DNA of 64,000 bases. It comes from a virus. Taxonomy: Duplodnaviria; Heunggongvirae; Uroviricota; Caudoviricetes. Positions 27,819-37,383 of the stretch are shown here, one piece after another; position 1 is the first letter of the stretch, and each line of letters starts with the position of its first letter. The position numbers were made by a program, and so were the translations under genes. The stretch is taken from IMG/VR virus record IMGVR_UViG_3300025133_006513, positions 53,289 to 117,288 of that record; one strand, written 5' to 3'. Under the pieces are notes generated by a model. The model had not been told where the DNA came from. It saw nothing but the letters and a program-made list of their open reading frames with translations, and ran no database searches.

Positions 27819-28353
27819 CGAGAACGCTCCTTTCAAAATTGCAGTACTAGAGTTGGACAATGATTTCATGAAGCTGCTGTCGCAGTTAGCGGCAGATGCA
27901 ATAACTGCTCACGAGGCGTACAGAGCGATACGTGAGCTTCAGTACACAAGTCCCAAGGTCATCCAACTTCATGGCCCGGACCTGTCCGAGTGGGTTACAC
28001 ACACCACAGGCGTGTGGGGCAGTAATTGGCATAGCGAGCTCGTCTCTCAAGGCGCCACGCTAATGCCGCTGCAGTACGCATACACACGTGCGGTATGGTC
28101 GCAAGACACCTCAAACTGCCGACTCATCGTATCTATCGCTGAGCTGCAGGACCCACAGATAAACTGGCGATTCTACTCAGAAGCCAGTGAAGAGTTTTTC
28201 ACCCAGCCACTGCCGTTGTCGAAGTATAAATTCTTCAGCAAACTGCAGATGGAAGACACCACGTTTAAGAGGGAACATGTCCTTACCCGAAGCAATCGAG
28301 AAACTACGGGACCAGATTCGCCACCACGACAAACAGTACTATGTACTGGGTGA
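27781..28353 (+). CDS. hypothetical protein (3' end overlaps the ligase start by ~77 nt)
   Basis: 190-aa ORF. Confidence 0.4.
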   Translation: MIPRIALTARSTNENAPFKIAVLELDNDFMKLLSQLAADAITAHEAYRAIRELQYTSPKVIQLHGPDLSEWVTHTTGVWGSNWHSELVSQGATLMPLQYAYTRAVWSQDTSNCRLIVSIAELQDPQINWRFYSEASEEFFTQPLPLSKYKFFSKLQMEDTTFKREHVLTRSNRETTGPDSPPRQTVLCTG

Positions 28354-30358
28354 GTCCGATATCCCCGACGTTGAGTACGACAAGTTATTCCAGCGGCTAG
28401 TGCTGATGGAAATTAATAACCCCGAGCTGGTGACGGACGACAGTCCCACCCAGCGAGTCGGGGGAGCTCCTATTGAGGGGCTAGAGTCTGTTGCACACCT
28501 GGTTCCAATGATGTCCGTCGATAACGGTTTTGATATGACCGTCCTGGACAAATTCCATGAGAGAGTTACCAAAGTACTAGGTCACGAACCGCTGTACGCT
28601 CTGGACTGGAAGATCGACGGCTGCGCAATCAGTCTCATTTATGAGGACGGTAAGCTGATACGTGCTGTATCTCGTGGTGACGGTATTATCGGGGATGACA
28701 TCACGCATAACGCTGTGTCCATCCGCGGTATTCCGTCAGAGATACTCAACCCCGTCTCTGGCGGGAAGCACGCTGGCTACAACCTGTCTGTTGACGGAAT
28801 CATCGAGGTACGCGGCGAAGCGTACATCCCTAACTCCGTCTTTCGTTCTTTGGTGGCTGCACAGGAGGCAGCTGGCGAAGAGCCTTTCAAGAATTCACGC
28901 AATGCCGCGGCGGGAGCCTTACGGCAGCGAGACCCCAAAGCATGTTACGAACGCAAGTTGTACTTCGTTGCACATGGCCTCGGGGCCTGGGCGCCAGACC
29001 TGGCGTGCACCTCTTGGCAGTGGGCCATGCTCATGCTGAATGAGCTCGGCATCCCCATGATCACCGATAGTCAGGGGGCCATGACCTACGAGCAGGCCAA
29101 ACACTCATTAAGCCTTCTCACTAAGCAGGTAGACGAGATCGACTACCCGGTGGATGGGCTCGTGCTTAAGGTTGATAACCTAGCCGATCGTGAGGCCTTA
29201 GGGTCAGCATCGTCTAAGTACGTGTCGTGGGCAATTGCCTACAAGTGGGAACGATACGAAGCTGAGACGAAGATCATACGGCTCGAGACGCAGGTGGGCA
29301 AACAGGGAACCCTGACGCCAGTTGCATACTACGAGCCCGTTGAGATAGCGGAGACAACCGTCCAGAAGTCCACGCTGTTCAACTTCGACGAGGTCAAGCG
29401 GTTGGATCCTCGCGTAGGTGACACCGTCACGCTGGAGAAGGCAGGGAAGATCATTCCTCACCTTGTCCGTGTACACAAACTCAAACGCCCCGAGAAGACA
29501 AAGAAGTTCACCCCTCCGAAGAAGTGTCCTGTCTGCAAGGGGGACACGGCTAAGGAAGGTCCGCTGGTAGTCTGCACTAACACTGCAGGGTGTCCAGCAC
29601 AGCTGGCTGCTGTTATCCGTTCGGCAGCCGATCGTACCAGAATGGATATCGATGGACTCGGGCCGTCTGCCATTGAGGCGATGATGGATGCGGGTGCTAT
29701 CACTGACTTCTCGTCGCTATGGGCTCTGGAGGCCACAGTGGGCCCGCAGGGCTGCATCCCCGGGATGACGGCTGGGAAGTCAAAGAAACTGCTGAAGGCC
29801 CTAGAAGAGGCCAAGACGCGGCCCTCGTGGCGGCTCCTGGCCTCACTCAACATCAAACACTGCGGAAGAACCGTCTCAGAGCTCGTGTGCAAGGCTGTAC
29901 ACGAGCACGCGAGGAAGGGTGAAAACAACGTGCTTGGGATGTTGGGCAACCGCTGGACGATGCAGAAGCTCCAATCCATTGAGGGTGTCGGAGCTGAGAC
30001 TGCGATCAGTATTCGAACCTGGTTCGATCGAGAGCGTAATCTCAAGTTGGTTAATAAGCTATGGAAAGCTGGCGTCAACTGCGGGCCCGCTGACCCGAAG
30101 CCAGAGGCGGCACCTACGGGCGCCCAGCCCTTCGCTGGGATGGCCATATGTGCAACCGGGAAGTTCGAGTCTTACACCCGTGAGAGTATCAGGCAAGCGA
30201 TTGTCGAACGCGGAGGTAAGGCACAGAGTAGTCTATCCAAGGGCACCAACATATTGGTGGCTGGAGACAAGGCAGGCGGGAAGTTAGATAAAGCACATCA
30301 ACTCGGCATTAAGGTCGTTGATGAGGCAGAGTTTAAGGAGTTGGCGGGTTCCGCGTGA
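28277..30358 (+). CDS. ligA: NAD-dependent DNA ligase
   Basis: GAGGG RBS. N-terminal Ia domain (YYVLGESDIPDVEYDKL). Adenylation motif WKIDG. Zinc finger CPVC...C..C. C-terminal BRCT domain. Confidence 0.85.
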   Translation: MSLPEAIEKLRDQIRHHDKQYYVLGESDIPDVEYDKLFQRLVLMEINNPELVTDDSPTQRVGGAPIEGLESVAHLVPMMSVDNGFDMTVLDKFHERVTKVLGHEPLYALDWKIDGCAISLIYEDGKLIRAVSRGDGIIGDDITHNAVSIRGIPSEILNPVSGGKHAGYNLSVDGIIEVRGEAYIPNSVFRSLVAAQEAAGEEPFKNSRNAAAGALRQRDPKACYERKLYFVAHGLGAWAPDLACTSWQWAMLMLNELGIPMITDSQGAMTYEQAKHSLSLLTKQVDEIDYPVDGLVLKVDNLADREALGSASSKYVSWAIAYKWERYEAETKIIRLETQVGKQGTLTPVAYYEPVEIAETTVQKSTLFNFDEVKRLDPRVGDTVTLEKAGKIIPHLVRVHKLKRPEKTKKFTPPKKCPVCKGDTAKEGPLVVCTNTAGCPAQLAAVIRSAADRTRMDIDGLGPSAIEAMMDAGAITDFSSLWALEATVGPQGCIPGMTAGKSKKLLKALEEAKTRPSWRLLASLNIKHCGRTVSELVCKAVHEHARKGENNVLGMLGNRWTMQKLQSIEGVGAETAISIRTWFDRERNLKLVNKLWKAGVNCGPADPKPEAAPTGAQPFAGMAICATGKFESYTRESIRQAIVERGGKAQSSLSKGTNILVAGDKAGGKLDKAHQLGIKVVDEAEFKELAGSA

Positions 30359-30545
30359 TGCATTTGCACATGAATCCGCCACCAGACGCGTACATACAGG
30401 GGCGCACATGCCGTGTGCCCCTGTATACGTACCAGGCCCCGGGTTTCGCCATGGGGCCGCTATCAGATGTTATTCACGCTGAATTTTCAGACAGGAAGAA
30501 ATATATCATGGATCTTAAATCTACTGGCGAGGCTAAAGGGCTGTA

Positions 30546-31487
30546 GTGGCACTTCCTGAGCCATCACAGAACGCACAGCTCGCTGTCGAGGAGCCTGAGG
30601 CTTCTGATTTTTTCAAGCTCCCTGCTGAGGCGGAGGATAACAACCTACGCGAGGCGACTATAAAATCTGCTGCGCAGGACAAGTACGGGCCAAGGCCTGT
30701 CTTGCTCCTGCGTATGAGCAGTGACGGCCGCACCACCATCGACGGGTTTGTGGTGCCTGGTACTAATAATTTCTGGGGGGTGTACGCCTCTGACGAAAAC
30801 AAGGACCGCTGGGTGCCAATCCACCTACCTACAGGATTGTCGCTGCGTGAGAACTGTGCCAATCGTGATATGGCGGAGGCGCTCGCGTGCTGGTGTTACT
30901 GCCAGGGGCGTAACCACCCGGATCACGGGAGTAGTAGCTCTAACAAGGTCGTAGAGTCGATGGGCGCGAGAGGGCGTTCTGCGTTCCGTAAAGGCCAACC
31001 ATTCATGGTAAAAGGCCGGCAGCTTACACAGCGAATAGGTAAAAATGAAACTGTGCAAGCCGCAGGCGAAGCGATGTGGGCCGCGAGGCTTGAATCGCTA
31101 GAGGGTGAGCGGCGACTTGAGCTCACCCACTTATCAGCCAAGCTTGAGGATATCAAAGCGAGGGAGAAGGCTGTGCAACAGCGTGCAGACGTAGTTGCGG
31201 AGGCAGACCTGAAAGCCCAGCGACATTGGGAACAACGGCACGCAGTGCTGGAGACCCAGAGCGCTACGCTCACGTCGCGGGAGGAGGCTATCCGTGAGTC
31301 GAATGCCGCGGCGGTGGACGACACGTTAGCGGCGGCTCGTCAACTGGCGAACGCTCGTGACGCAGAGACCGAGCTACAGGCTATGCGTGAGCAGTTAATC
31401 AGCGCAATCACGACGATCGATCCAGCGGGTGCTGAGGATACGCGAGTAGGAAGGCAGCTCAGAAAGATCCGCCTTACTTCTGATTAA
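30546..31487 (+). CDS. hypothetical protein with coiled-coil C-terminal half ending ...GRQLRKIRLTSD
   Basis: GTG start overlaps the stop of a 12-codon mini-ORF (30509-30547). 313 aa. Confidence 0.5.
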   Translation: MALPEPSQNAQLAVEEPEASDFFKLPAEAEDNNLREATIKSAAQDKYGPRPVLLLRMSSDGRTTIDGFVVPGTNNFWGVYASDENKDRWVPIHLPTGLSLRENCANRDMAEALACWCYCQGRNHPDHGSSSSNKVVESMGARGRSAFRKGQPFMVKGRQLTQRIGKNETVQAAGEAMWAARLESLEGERRLELTHLSAKLEDIKAREKAVQQRADVVAEADLKAQRHWEQRHAVLETQSATLTSREEAIRESNAAAVDDTLAAARQLANARDAETELQAMREQLISAITTIDPAGAEDTRVGRQLRKIRLTSD

Positions 31488-31704
31488 GTAACTCTCCGCG
31501 AAAGCAACTGAGGGAGCAGTTAAGGCCGCAGTGCTGTTTAGCCCATGCGTAGAGTGCTGACATAGATAGTCCAGCGAACTCACCATTGTGGTACCTTTTA
31601 ACGAATTGATCCCAGATCTCCCGCTTCTTCCCCTTGAGGATCTTAGGAGTGATACGTCGATCTTGGGTCTTCAATTCAGCGAACGGGTCGGTGGCCTTTG
31701 CCAT
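31474..31704 (-). CDS. small hypothetical protein (possible DNA-binding protein)
   Basis: 76 aa, basic. Tail-to-tail overlap with 30546..31487. Confidence 0.45.
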   Translation of the reverse strand: MAKATDPFAELKTQDRRITPKILKGKKREIWDQFVKRYHNGEFAGLSMSALYAWAKQHCGLNCSLSCFRGELLNQK

Positions 31705-32276
31705 TATTCTTCTTCCTCCTCGGGCTCTGCGGCGACTGGCATGACTGTCGTGCCGCCGTGGATTCTGTGCATGTTAGTTAGATGAAAATCTGACATGAAT
31801 GCTTCTTCAACATTCACGCCAAACGGTGCGAGTGCTTTGCGTATCTTACGAGTTAATGCTGCGTTGACGCGTTGGTGTCTAATCGTGAGTTCCTCTAGCG
31901 TCTTACCGACGCATGCTTCGATCACGCCTGCTTGGGCGCGATCGACGATGGTTGTTTCGAAGTCCCTCGTCTCAACTAGGGCTTTCATGATATCATCGAT
32001 CGTGTAAACTACAATAACTGCAATCGTGATTCCGAGAGGTTTAGTATCGCTCCCTGGTAATGTCTGGGGCTCGAGACTAATGGTGTCACGTTTAACCGGA
32101 TGGATCATCGGCCTTTGGATTGGTGGCCAGTAGAGATGAAAGCCGGGCCCGACTTGCTTTGCTCTACCGAGTGTAAACATCACACCCTCCTGCGTGGCGT
32201 CCACGTGTATGCCTCGCGGGAAGACTCTTGATGCCCACCGTAACAGATCAGAAAGCCATCCAAGGCCGATGTCCAC
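31704..32276 (-). CDS. SPFH/band-7-like domain protein
   Basis: VIVVYTIDDIMKALVETRDFETTIVDRAQAGVIEACVGKTLEELT...RKIRKALAPFGVNVEEAFMSDF resembles the stomatin/HflC core. Confidence 0.45.
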   Translation of the reverse strand: MDIGLGWLSDLLRWASRVFPRGIHVDATQEGVMFTLGRAKQVGPGFHLYWPPIQRPMIHPVKRDTISLEPQTLPGSDTKPLGITIAVIVVYTIDDIMKALVETRDFETTIVDRAQAGVIEACVGKTLEELTIRHQRVNAALTRKIRKALAPFGVNVEEAFMSDFHLTNMHRIHGGTTVMPVAAEPEEEEE

Positions 32277-32281
32277 CGGAG

Positions 32282-32770
32282 TTACCTCACGATCTTAAGC
32301 ACCTCTGAGAGCCTTTCCAGCTTTTGGTAAAACTCTTCCACGGTGCCATTATTTTGAATAGTGATGTCTGCGTCCGCTTCAGTCACTTCCATTGATGCCT
32401 CGATAGGCACATCACGTGCAATCCAGATGACCAGGTCGATCATGCCAGCATCACGTAGGGCTTGCAGTTCGCTGGCCCTGCGGACACCATTCAGGATGTC
32501 TGCTGTCTGTAGCATACCACGGTACAGGGTGAGCCCATCAGGCTCGTTATACTGCCAAATGATCTCAGCCCACTCCTTTCGGTGGTTGGCTCTGTCTGCG
32601 AAGGCCTCCTCCACGCTGGTATAGCTATATTTGTCGCGAAGCTCGCGATAGCACAGCTGTGCTGCCGCCTCAGAAGTGCTTTCATGATAGCACAGAGGTG
32701 TGTGCTCACTGAGCCAATCTGCGGCGGTGTCCTTGCCCGATCGGCCGTGGCCGATAATCACTAATTCCAT
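32282..32770 (-). CDS. deoxynucleoside monophosphate kinase-like P-loop kinase
   Basis: IIGHGRSGKDTAADW resembles the T4 gp1 N-terminus LSGVKRSGKDTTADF. Confidence 0.55.
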   Translation of the reverse strand: MELVIIGHGRSGKDTAADWLSEHTPLCYHESTSEAAAQLCYRELRDKYSYTSVEEAFADRANHRKEWAEIIWQYNEPDGLTLYRGMLQTADILNGVRRASELQALRDAGMIDLVIWIARDVPIEASMEVTEADADITIQNNGTVEEFYQKLERLSEVLKIVR

Positions 32771-33384
32771 CGGTGCTTCTCCAGCAAAATCTCAAACTGC
32801 TGTTTAACGTACGTCAGTGGATCAGCAGCGTGTTCGCACGCGCTGTTGTATGGTTGAGGGAACGTAATCACACGACCGCTGTTCTCCGTGAACGCATCCA
32901 CGTAGATATCGTCATCGTCGATCAAGACGACGCCGGGCTGGGCCACTAAGTGCTTTCGTCGGGTGTACACGATCTCCTCAAAGTCATCACCAAACTGTCC
33001 GCGTAACCAGGCTTGCTTGCCTCTTACGCAGTTACCCGTACACTCGTCGGGAAAGTCCCGGCCAGCTAGTGGGCGGGAGCATATAGTTACAGGTGCTTGT
33101 TCATTGGCCCATTGCCATAACTCAGGCACCCAAGGAAACGGTTCAAGGTCGGCCCAAAACTCCCAACCTTCTGCCATCGCGGGCTCCCAGTACTCAGGTC
33201 CGCGGTCATTGAACAGCTGGTGAAGCTTGTCCAAAGGCATGAGCAGCGACAAGTTCGACTCGCCTCGTAACCCAAAGAACGATTCATACAGGTTACACAG
33301 CACGCCGTCCATGTCGAGGAAGATGTGTTTAACGTCCAATTTCGGGGGTACTCCATGTCCTAGCGGTGTCTGTACGGTCTTCAC
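32761..33384 (-). CDS. HAD-superfamily 5'(3')-deoxyribonucleotidase-like phosphatase
   Basis: Motif I IFLDMDGVLCN and the acidic VLIDDDD motif. Confidence 0.55.
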   Translation of the reverse strand: MKTVQTPLGHGVPPKLDVKHIFLDMDGVLCNLYESFFGLRGESNLSLLMPLDKLHQLFNDRGPEYWEPAMAEGWEFWADLEPFPWVPELWQWANEQAPVTICSRPLAGRDFPDECTGNCVRGKQAWLRGQFGDDFEEIVYTRRKHLVAQPGVVLIDDDDIYVDAFTENSGRVITFPQPYNSACEHAADPLTYVKQQFEILLEKHRWN

Positions 33385-34479
33385 AGAAGATTTGCAACGT
33401 CATGATCTTACCGTAGTCTTGATCCATGACAATCATAGTTTGCGATGGCAGCTCTGCCTTGCAGCGGATACTCGCGGCATACGCGTCGTAACCGCATAAA
33501 CAACCACACGCCACAAATGACGGCGTCGTGATGAACTGGTGGAAGTGACCGATAACATCCAACTCTGCGACACCATGAGTATGGTTCCACGCAGCGACGG
33601 CTTTGTTAACTGGTGTCATCAACCCACCAACGCCTCCGCTATAGCGGAGCTGATCGCCATGATGAAAACGGCAGCGGTGTCCTTGGATATCCTGCTTAAG
33701 CGTGGCACCGCGTTCGATCGAGTGTGAGAACTTCTTGCCCAGCGATCGATCAGATTCCATGATGCGGGCAGCATTGCAGTACATCGTGTATTCCCACGAG
33801 TGTGTGCATGCAGTTTGAATCCGCTTGTTTGGATTCACACGACCATGGTTACCGTAGTTAGCAAGGAGCTGGAGATGGGCACACTTCGTTTCCTTCATGA
33901 GATACTTGATGCCCGAAACCAAGTGGTCTTGAACGTGGAGAATAGCATCTCCAGGTCCCAAGCCATTGGATTGCTGCAACTCCTCGTGAATCATACCATT
34001 GATTAGATCACCGCCGGCCCATACGGCAACCTCATCGATAGGTACGATCTTACGAGCGAAGTCGATCAAATACGCTGACTTTTCCCATGTACGCTTGATC
34101 CGTCGATCAGCAATCTCCAAATTGAATTCGTTGACTCCGCCAATAGTGTCGGGGTCGATTGTTGATTCAGTGTGCCAATCGTTGACACAGATGATTGCTG
34201 TCGCCTTACTCTTCGTACGACGCTTCTTAACGCTTTCGTACTTGCGTATGGAGGCGTTATCCTGGGCATAAAGCATACGCTCTAAATTAGATGCTGTGAC
34301 AATCAGCTCTTTTTCAGAGTGCTTGTACTTCTTCTCTGCTTCCCGGCGCTTGGCTCTCTCCTTTGTGAAGTCACGTTCAAGCCTGCGGATTTGTTGGAGC
34401 TGTTCGTCGTCGCTAAGAACAGCGAGGCGTTCGAGATCTGCGAGTTCACGAAGGGCGTCCTCTGGTTTCTTTTTGGCCA
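33329..34479 (-). CDS. calcineurin-like metallophosphoesterase with N-terminal coiled-coil region
   Basis: Motifs ICVNDWH, GGDLING, GNHG and GHFH. GAGG RBS precedes ATG(MAKKKPE). Confidence 0.65.
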
Positions 34480-34523
34480 TTACCAATCCTCGGAGGTTGG
34501 AGGTCTAGAAATCAGTTGTGCGA

Positions 34524-34538
34524 GATATCACTGATATC
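34524..34538. promoter_or_regulatory. perfect 7-1-7 palindrome GATATCAcTGATATC in a divergent intergenic region (candidate operator)
   Basis: Lies between the minus-strand block ending 34479 and the plus-strand block starting ~34633. Confidence 0.4.
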
Positions 34539-34632
34539 ACAATCCTACCACGAGTGCGAGAAGTCAACAAGGTGTATTTATTAAATTTAGATGTTTGATA
34601 CAAGGTATGCTAGCAATAAAGGCAATTCAAAG

Positions 34633-35292
34633 ATGGCCAAGAAGAAACCAGAAACAACGACTGCAGTGGCACTTCCAAGCGACATCGTCAACGTCGCCGT
34701 GAATCTTGACAAAGATGACGTAGCCGCAATCTTGATGTCCCGCGCAGAGGAACACCTCAAAGGGCAAATCAAAGAGCACGTCAAGATTGACAAGCAGTGT
34801 GACAAAGCCCGGAACGCGTTAACCAAGAAACTAGACACGCAATGCCGTGCAGTTCTTGACGCGTACTTCGAAGACACGATAGACCTGCTTAAGACTGCCG
34901 CGTCGCAACTCAAAGCGAAGTCGATCGACACCAGTATCCAGTGCCACGGCCACGATCCCAACCAAGGACGTAAGCAAGGTAGCGTGCGAGGTACATTACA
35001 AATCGCCGGACGCAAACCAAACATCCGTTGGACTGTCGACGCAGCGGCGCCAGCTGGTGCTGCAGTAGCCGGGATCGTAGCTGAGATCGCTGCCAACGAG
35101 ACCGAGCAGCAGAACAACAGCACAGAGTGGTACGCCGTGCGTAAGAAGTTGGCGGACCTTCCGTCGCTAGAACGTCGTGCGAAGGCCGCAGTGGCTGAGC
35201 AGCGGCTCATGGCGACGACAGAGGGTGCTGAGCTCGTTGATATGCTTGGCGGGCAACTGGAAGAGAGCATCAAGCTGCTGGGCGTCAGTTGA
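34633..35292 (+). CDS. hypothetical protein
   Basis: ATG at MAKKKPETT. 220 aa. Confidence 0.5.
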   Translation: MAKKKPETTTAVALPSDIVNVAVNLDKDDVAAILMSRAEEHLKGQIKEHVKIDKQCDKARNALTKKLDTQCRAVLDAYFEDTIDLLKTAASQLKAKSIDTSIQCHGHDPNQGRKQGSVRGTLQIAGRKPNIRWTVDAAAPAGAAVAGIVAEIAANETEQQNNSTEWYAVRKKLADLPSLERRAKAAVAEQRLMATTEGAELVDMLGGQLEESIKLLGVS

Positions 35293-36350
35293 GCGAGCCG
35301 TTCTTAGGCGTCATCAGGGCGAAAGACGACGAAGCGAGGTGGGAGGTGCTGGAGGACAAACAAACCGCACTTCACGCTGATATCGAGGACGTCATCCTGG
35401 CAACGACGCTAGCCGAGTGCGTCGGGCAGCTGGAGACTAGGTTTCCAGCGTCCGACTCGCGGCTTAGCCGCTTAGCCGTTGTACACGGCTATTATGATCA
35501 CGAGCGAAGCCAGTATCAACGCCGTGACGCGATTATAGTTGGGACCCCTGACCGGCAAAGATATGCTGGCGGGAGCGTCCCGGAAGCGATGCAACTGGCC
35601 AAAGAGTTTGGCAGCATCATGTGTAGTAGCTTGAGTTACTACCGTATCAAAAAGGAAGCAACGGCAGAGGGGTCACTGGAAGCAATCCATAAAGAAGGCT
35701 TCAAGTTGCTTGGGCAGCATACTGTGCTCGTGCAACTGGTGTACTGCCCAAAAGCTATCCAGCGTGCCGCCAAAGCACGCGCGACCCGGGAGGCGAGACG
35801 CACTGTCCGCTGTCGGGATATCTCTGGCGCCACATGGCCAATGTTTCAGCTTGTACGAGAACACCTACCAAACCTGGTGCTACATACAGGTAACTATTCA
35901 CGGCAGTCTGTCTGCAGTGACCTCATCCTCACGATAAAGTACTTCACGTTCGTGTTTGGCCACCACGCCTATCGACGGCACCCGGCGTTCCGGGAGCTCA
36001 AGATGCTGTGGCGGGCAGCCCCAGAGCGTGCGCGTGTTGCCTGGTGGCCTAAAGAAGACCAGGACTGGGGTAAGCCACAACAGCAGCAGGTTTGTAATTT
36101 CATGGATTCAGAAATAAGGATCAAGAATGGCAAGCTCATCGAAGAAAACGACAACTGGCAAGCCAAAAGGACAAGCCAGCCGTGGGAAACGTACGGTGAA
36201 AAAGAATACAGGCGAACCTTCGCAGCCAACTGCAAGCAAGACGCCAAAGAAGCCCGTGAAAAAGAAAAAGCCAGGAAGGCCCGCGACAAAGCCAAAGCCA
36301 AAGAAAAGGGCAGTAAAGCAAAGCCCAGGGCCAAAGCCAAAAGCAGGTAA
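35289..36350 (+). CDS. hypothetical protein with Lys/Ala-rich C-terminus (3' end uncertain)
   Basis: TTG start in a TTGA overlap. The last 224 nt overlap 36127..36603 in another frame. Confidence 0.45.
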   Translation: MSEPFLGVIRAKDDEARWEVLEDKQTALHADIEDVILATTLAECVGQLETRFPASDSRLSRLAVVHGYYDHERSQYQRRDAIIVGTPDRQRYAGGSVPEAMQLAKEFGSIMCSSLSYYRIKKEATAEGSLEAIHKEGFKLLGQHTVLVQLVYCPKAIQRAAKARATREARRTVRCRDISGATWPMFQLVREHLPNLVLHTGNYSRQSVCSDLILTIKYFTFVFGHHAYRRHPAFRELKMLWRAAPERARVAWWPKEDQDWGKPQQQQVCNFMDSEIRIKNGKLIEENDNWQAKRTSQPWETYGEKEYRRTFAANCKQDAKEAREKEKARKARDKAKAKEKGSKAKPRAKAKSR

Positions 36351-36603
36351 GTCAGGTATCGTCATCTGGCTCGGGACAGGGCACATGCAAATGTTCGCCA
36401 AGTTCCAAGCAGTGTTCGATCGCAGTTTGCATGACTACTGGATTAATAACATACGGGGCCTGGATACAGAGAAGTTGGATCGTGATGTTGTACGGTCAGG
36501 TAGTCAGTCATTTATCCACGCTGTTAGGGATAAGTTCGGCAAGGAAGGACTGACTGTCGTCAAACGACTAACACTGGGCACGGCAGCCCGCAAGAAATCC
36601 TAG
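36127..36603 (+). CDS. protein with a histone-H1-like Lys/Pro-rich N-terminal tail and a globular C-terminal domain
   Basis: AGGA RBS. The tail reads KKTTTGKPKG...TKPKPKKRAVK. Confidence 0.5.
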   Translation: MASSSKKTTTGKPKGQASRGKRTVKKNTGEPSQPTASKTPKKPVKKKKPGRPATKPKPKKRAVKQSPGPKPKAGKSGIVIWLGTGHMQMFAKFQAVFDRSLHDYWINNIRGLDTEKLDRDVVRSGSQSFIHAVRDKFGKEGLTVVKRLTLGTAARKKS

Positions 36604-36699
36604 GCATCGAAGGATCCGCACACGCAGCCGCTCAATGAGCAAGGTCCGCAGGGACCGAATGAGCTGACGATGTGACTGACAACTATCGATGCTCTGAAC

Positions 36700-36742
36700 G
36701 GGCAGGGTGTTTATGAGAGGCACCCTGCCCTTTTCCATTTTT
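36700..36742 (+). promoter_or_regulatory. 10-bp perfect hairpin (GGGCAGGGTG/CACCCTGCCC) plus U-tract, enclosing ATG 36713 in its loop
   Basis: The stem is followed by TTTTCCATTTTT. The start codon of the next ORF lies in the 11-nt loop. Confidence 0.5.
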
Positions 36743-37147
36743 GATCAGGAGAACAAGATTACTGAAAACTCCGCCCCCGGCACTGTGGTCTACAAAATCG
36801 TAGATCTCATCGAGGGCAACATCAAGACGCTCTTCCACGGCATCAATGGCTCAAAGGTCATGCCGCGGGGAAAATGGATCACATCCGAACGTAAACGCGT
36901 GCGTGATGGGACCTCTACAACATGGTACGAGTCAGGTTGGCACGTATTTGAGAACTTGGAAGATGCCAAGCACTATGTAAAGAAGTTTGCGAACCTAAAC
37001 CCTAAGGTGATCGTGCGAGGAAGAGCACGTGACCTCTGGCCTAAGGCGCACAGCCCATCACCAGTAATGCTGGCCACTGACCTGCTCATCGAGCGGATCG
37101 TCTGGCGAGCGAATAGCGAGGCGCTGCAATCCGCGGCACCGGCATAA
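36713..37147 (+). CDS. hypothetical protein
   Basis: 144-aa ORF. The start sits in the hairpin loop. Confidence 0.45.
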   Translation: MRGTLPFSIFDQENKITENSAPGTVVYKIVDLIEGNIKTLFHGINGSKVMPRGKWITSERKRVRDGTSTTWYESGWHVFENLEDAKHYVKKFANLNPKVIVRGRARDLWPKAHSPSPVMLATDLLIERIVWRANSEALQSAAPA

Positions 37148-37227
37148 ACAATATCCTGTTTGCAGTGCTGGTAGGTCTGGTAGGCCTACTAGTACTCGCA
37201 AACATTCTTTTGATGTAAGGAGACACA

Positions 37228-37383
37228 ATGGTTAAGATACTACGTGACCCGGTATGGCAGACCGTCATCATGGCAGTAGCCGCAGCGATCGCTACGGCAG
37301 CCGTGCTCGTGCTGTTGCTAACCGAAACACAAGGAAGTGGAAACATACCGATCGATTGTATCGACAGGTTGTCTGTGCGATGA
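37228..37383 (+). CDS. small membrane protein (51 aa)
   Basis: AAGGAG RBS. One TM helix (VIMAVAAAIATAAVLVLLL). Confidence 0.4.
   Translation: MVKILRDPVWQTVIMAVAAAIATAAVLVLLLTETQGSGNIPIDCIDRLSVR

Noticed and set aside
29458-30147. 229-aa minus-strand ORF inside the ligase gene
   Set aside because: Antisense to a high-confidence LigA coding region. No RBS.
34595-34623. Sigma70 promoter TTGATA...TAGCAAT upstream of 34633
   Set aside because: Spacer length does not fit (10 or 23 nt). Only the nearby palindrome is reported.
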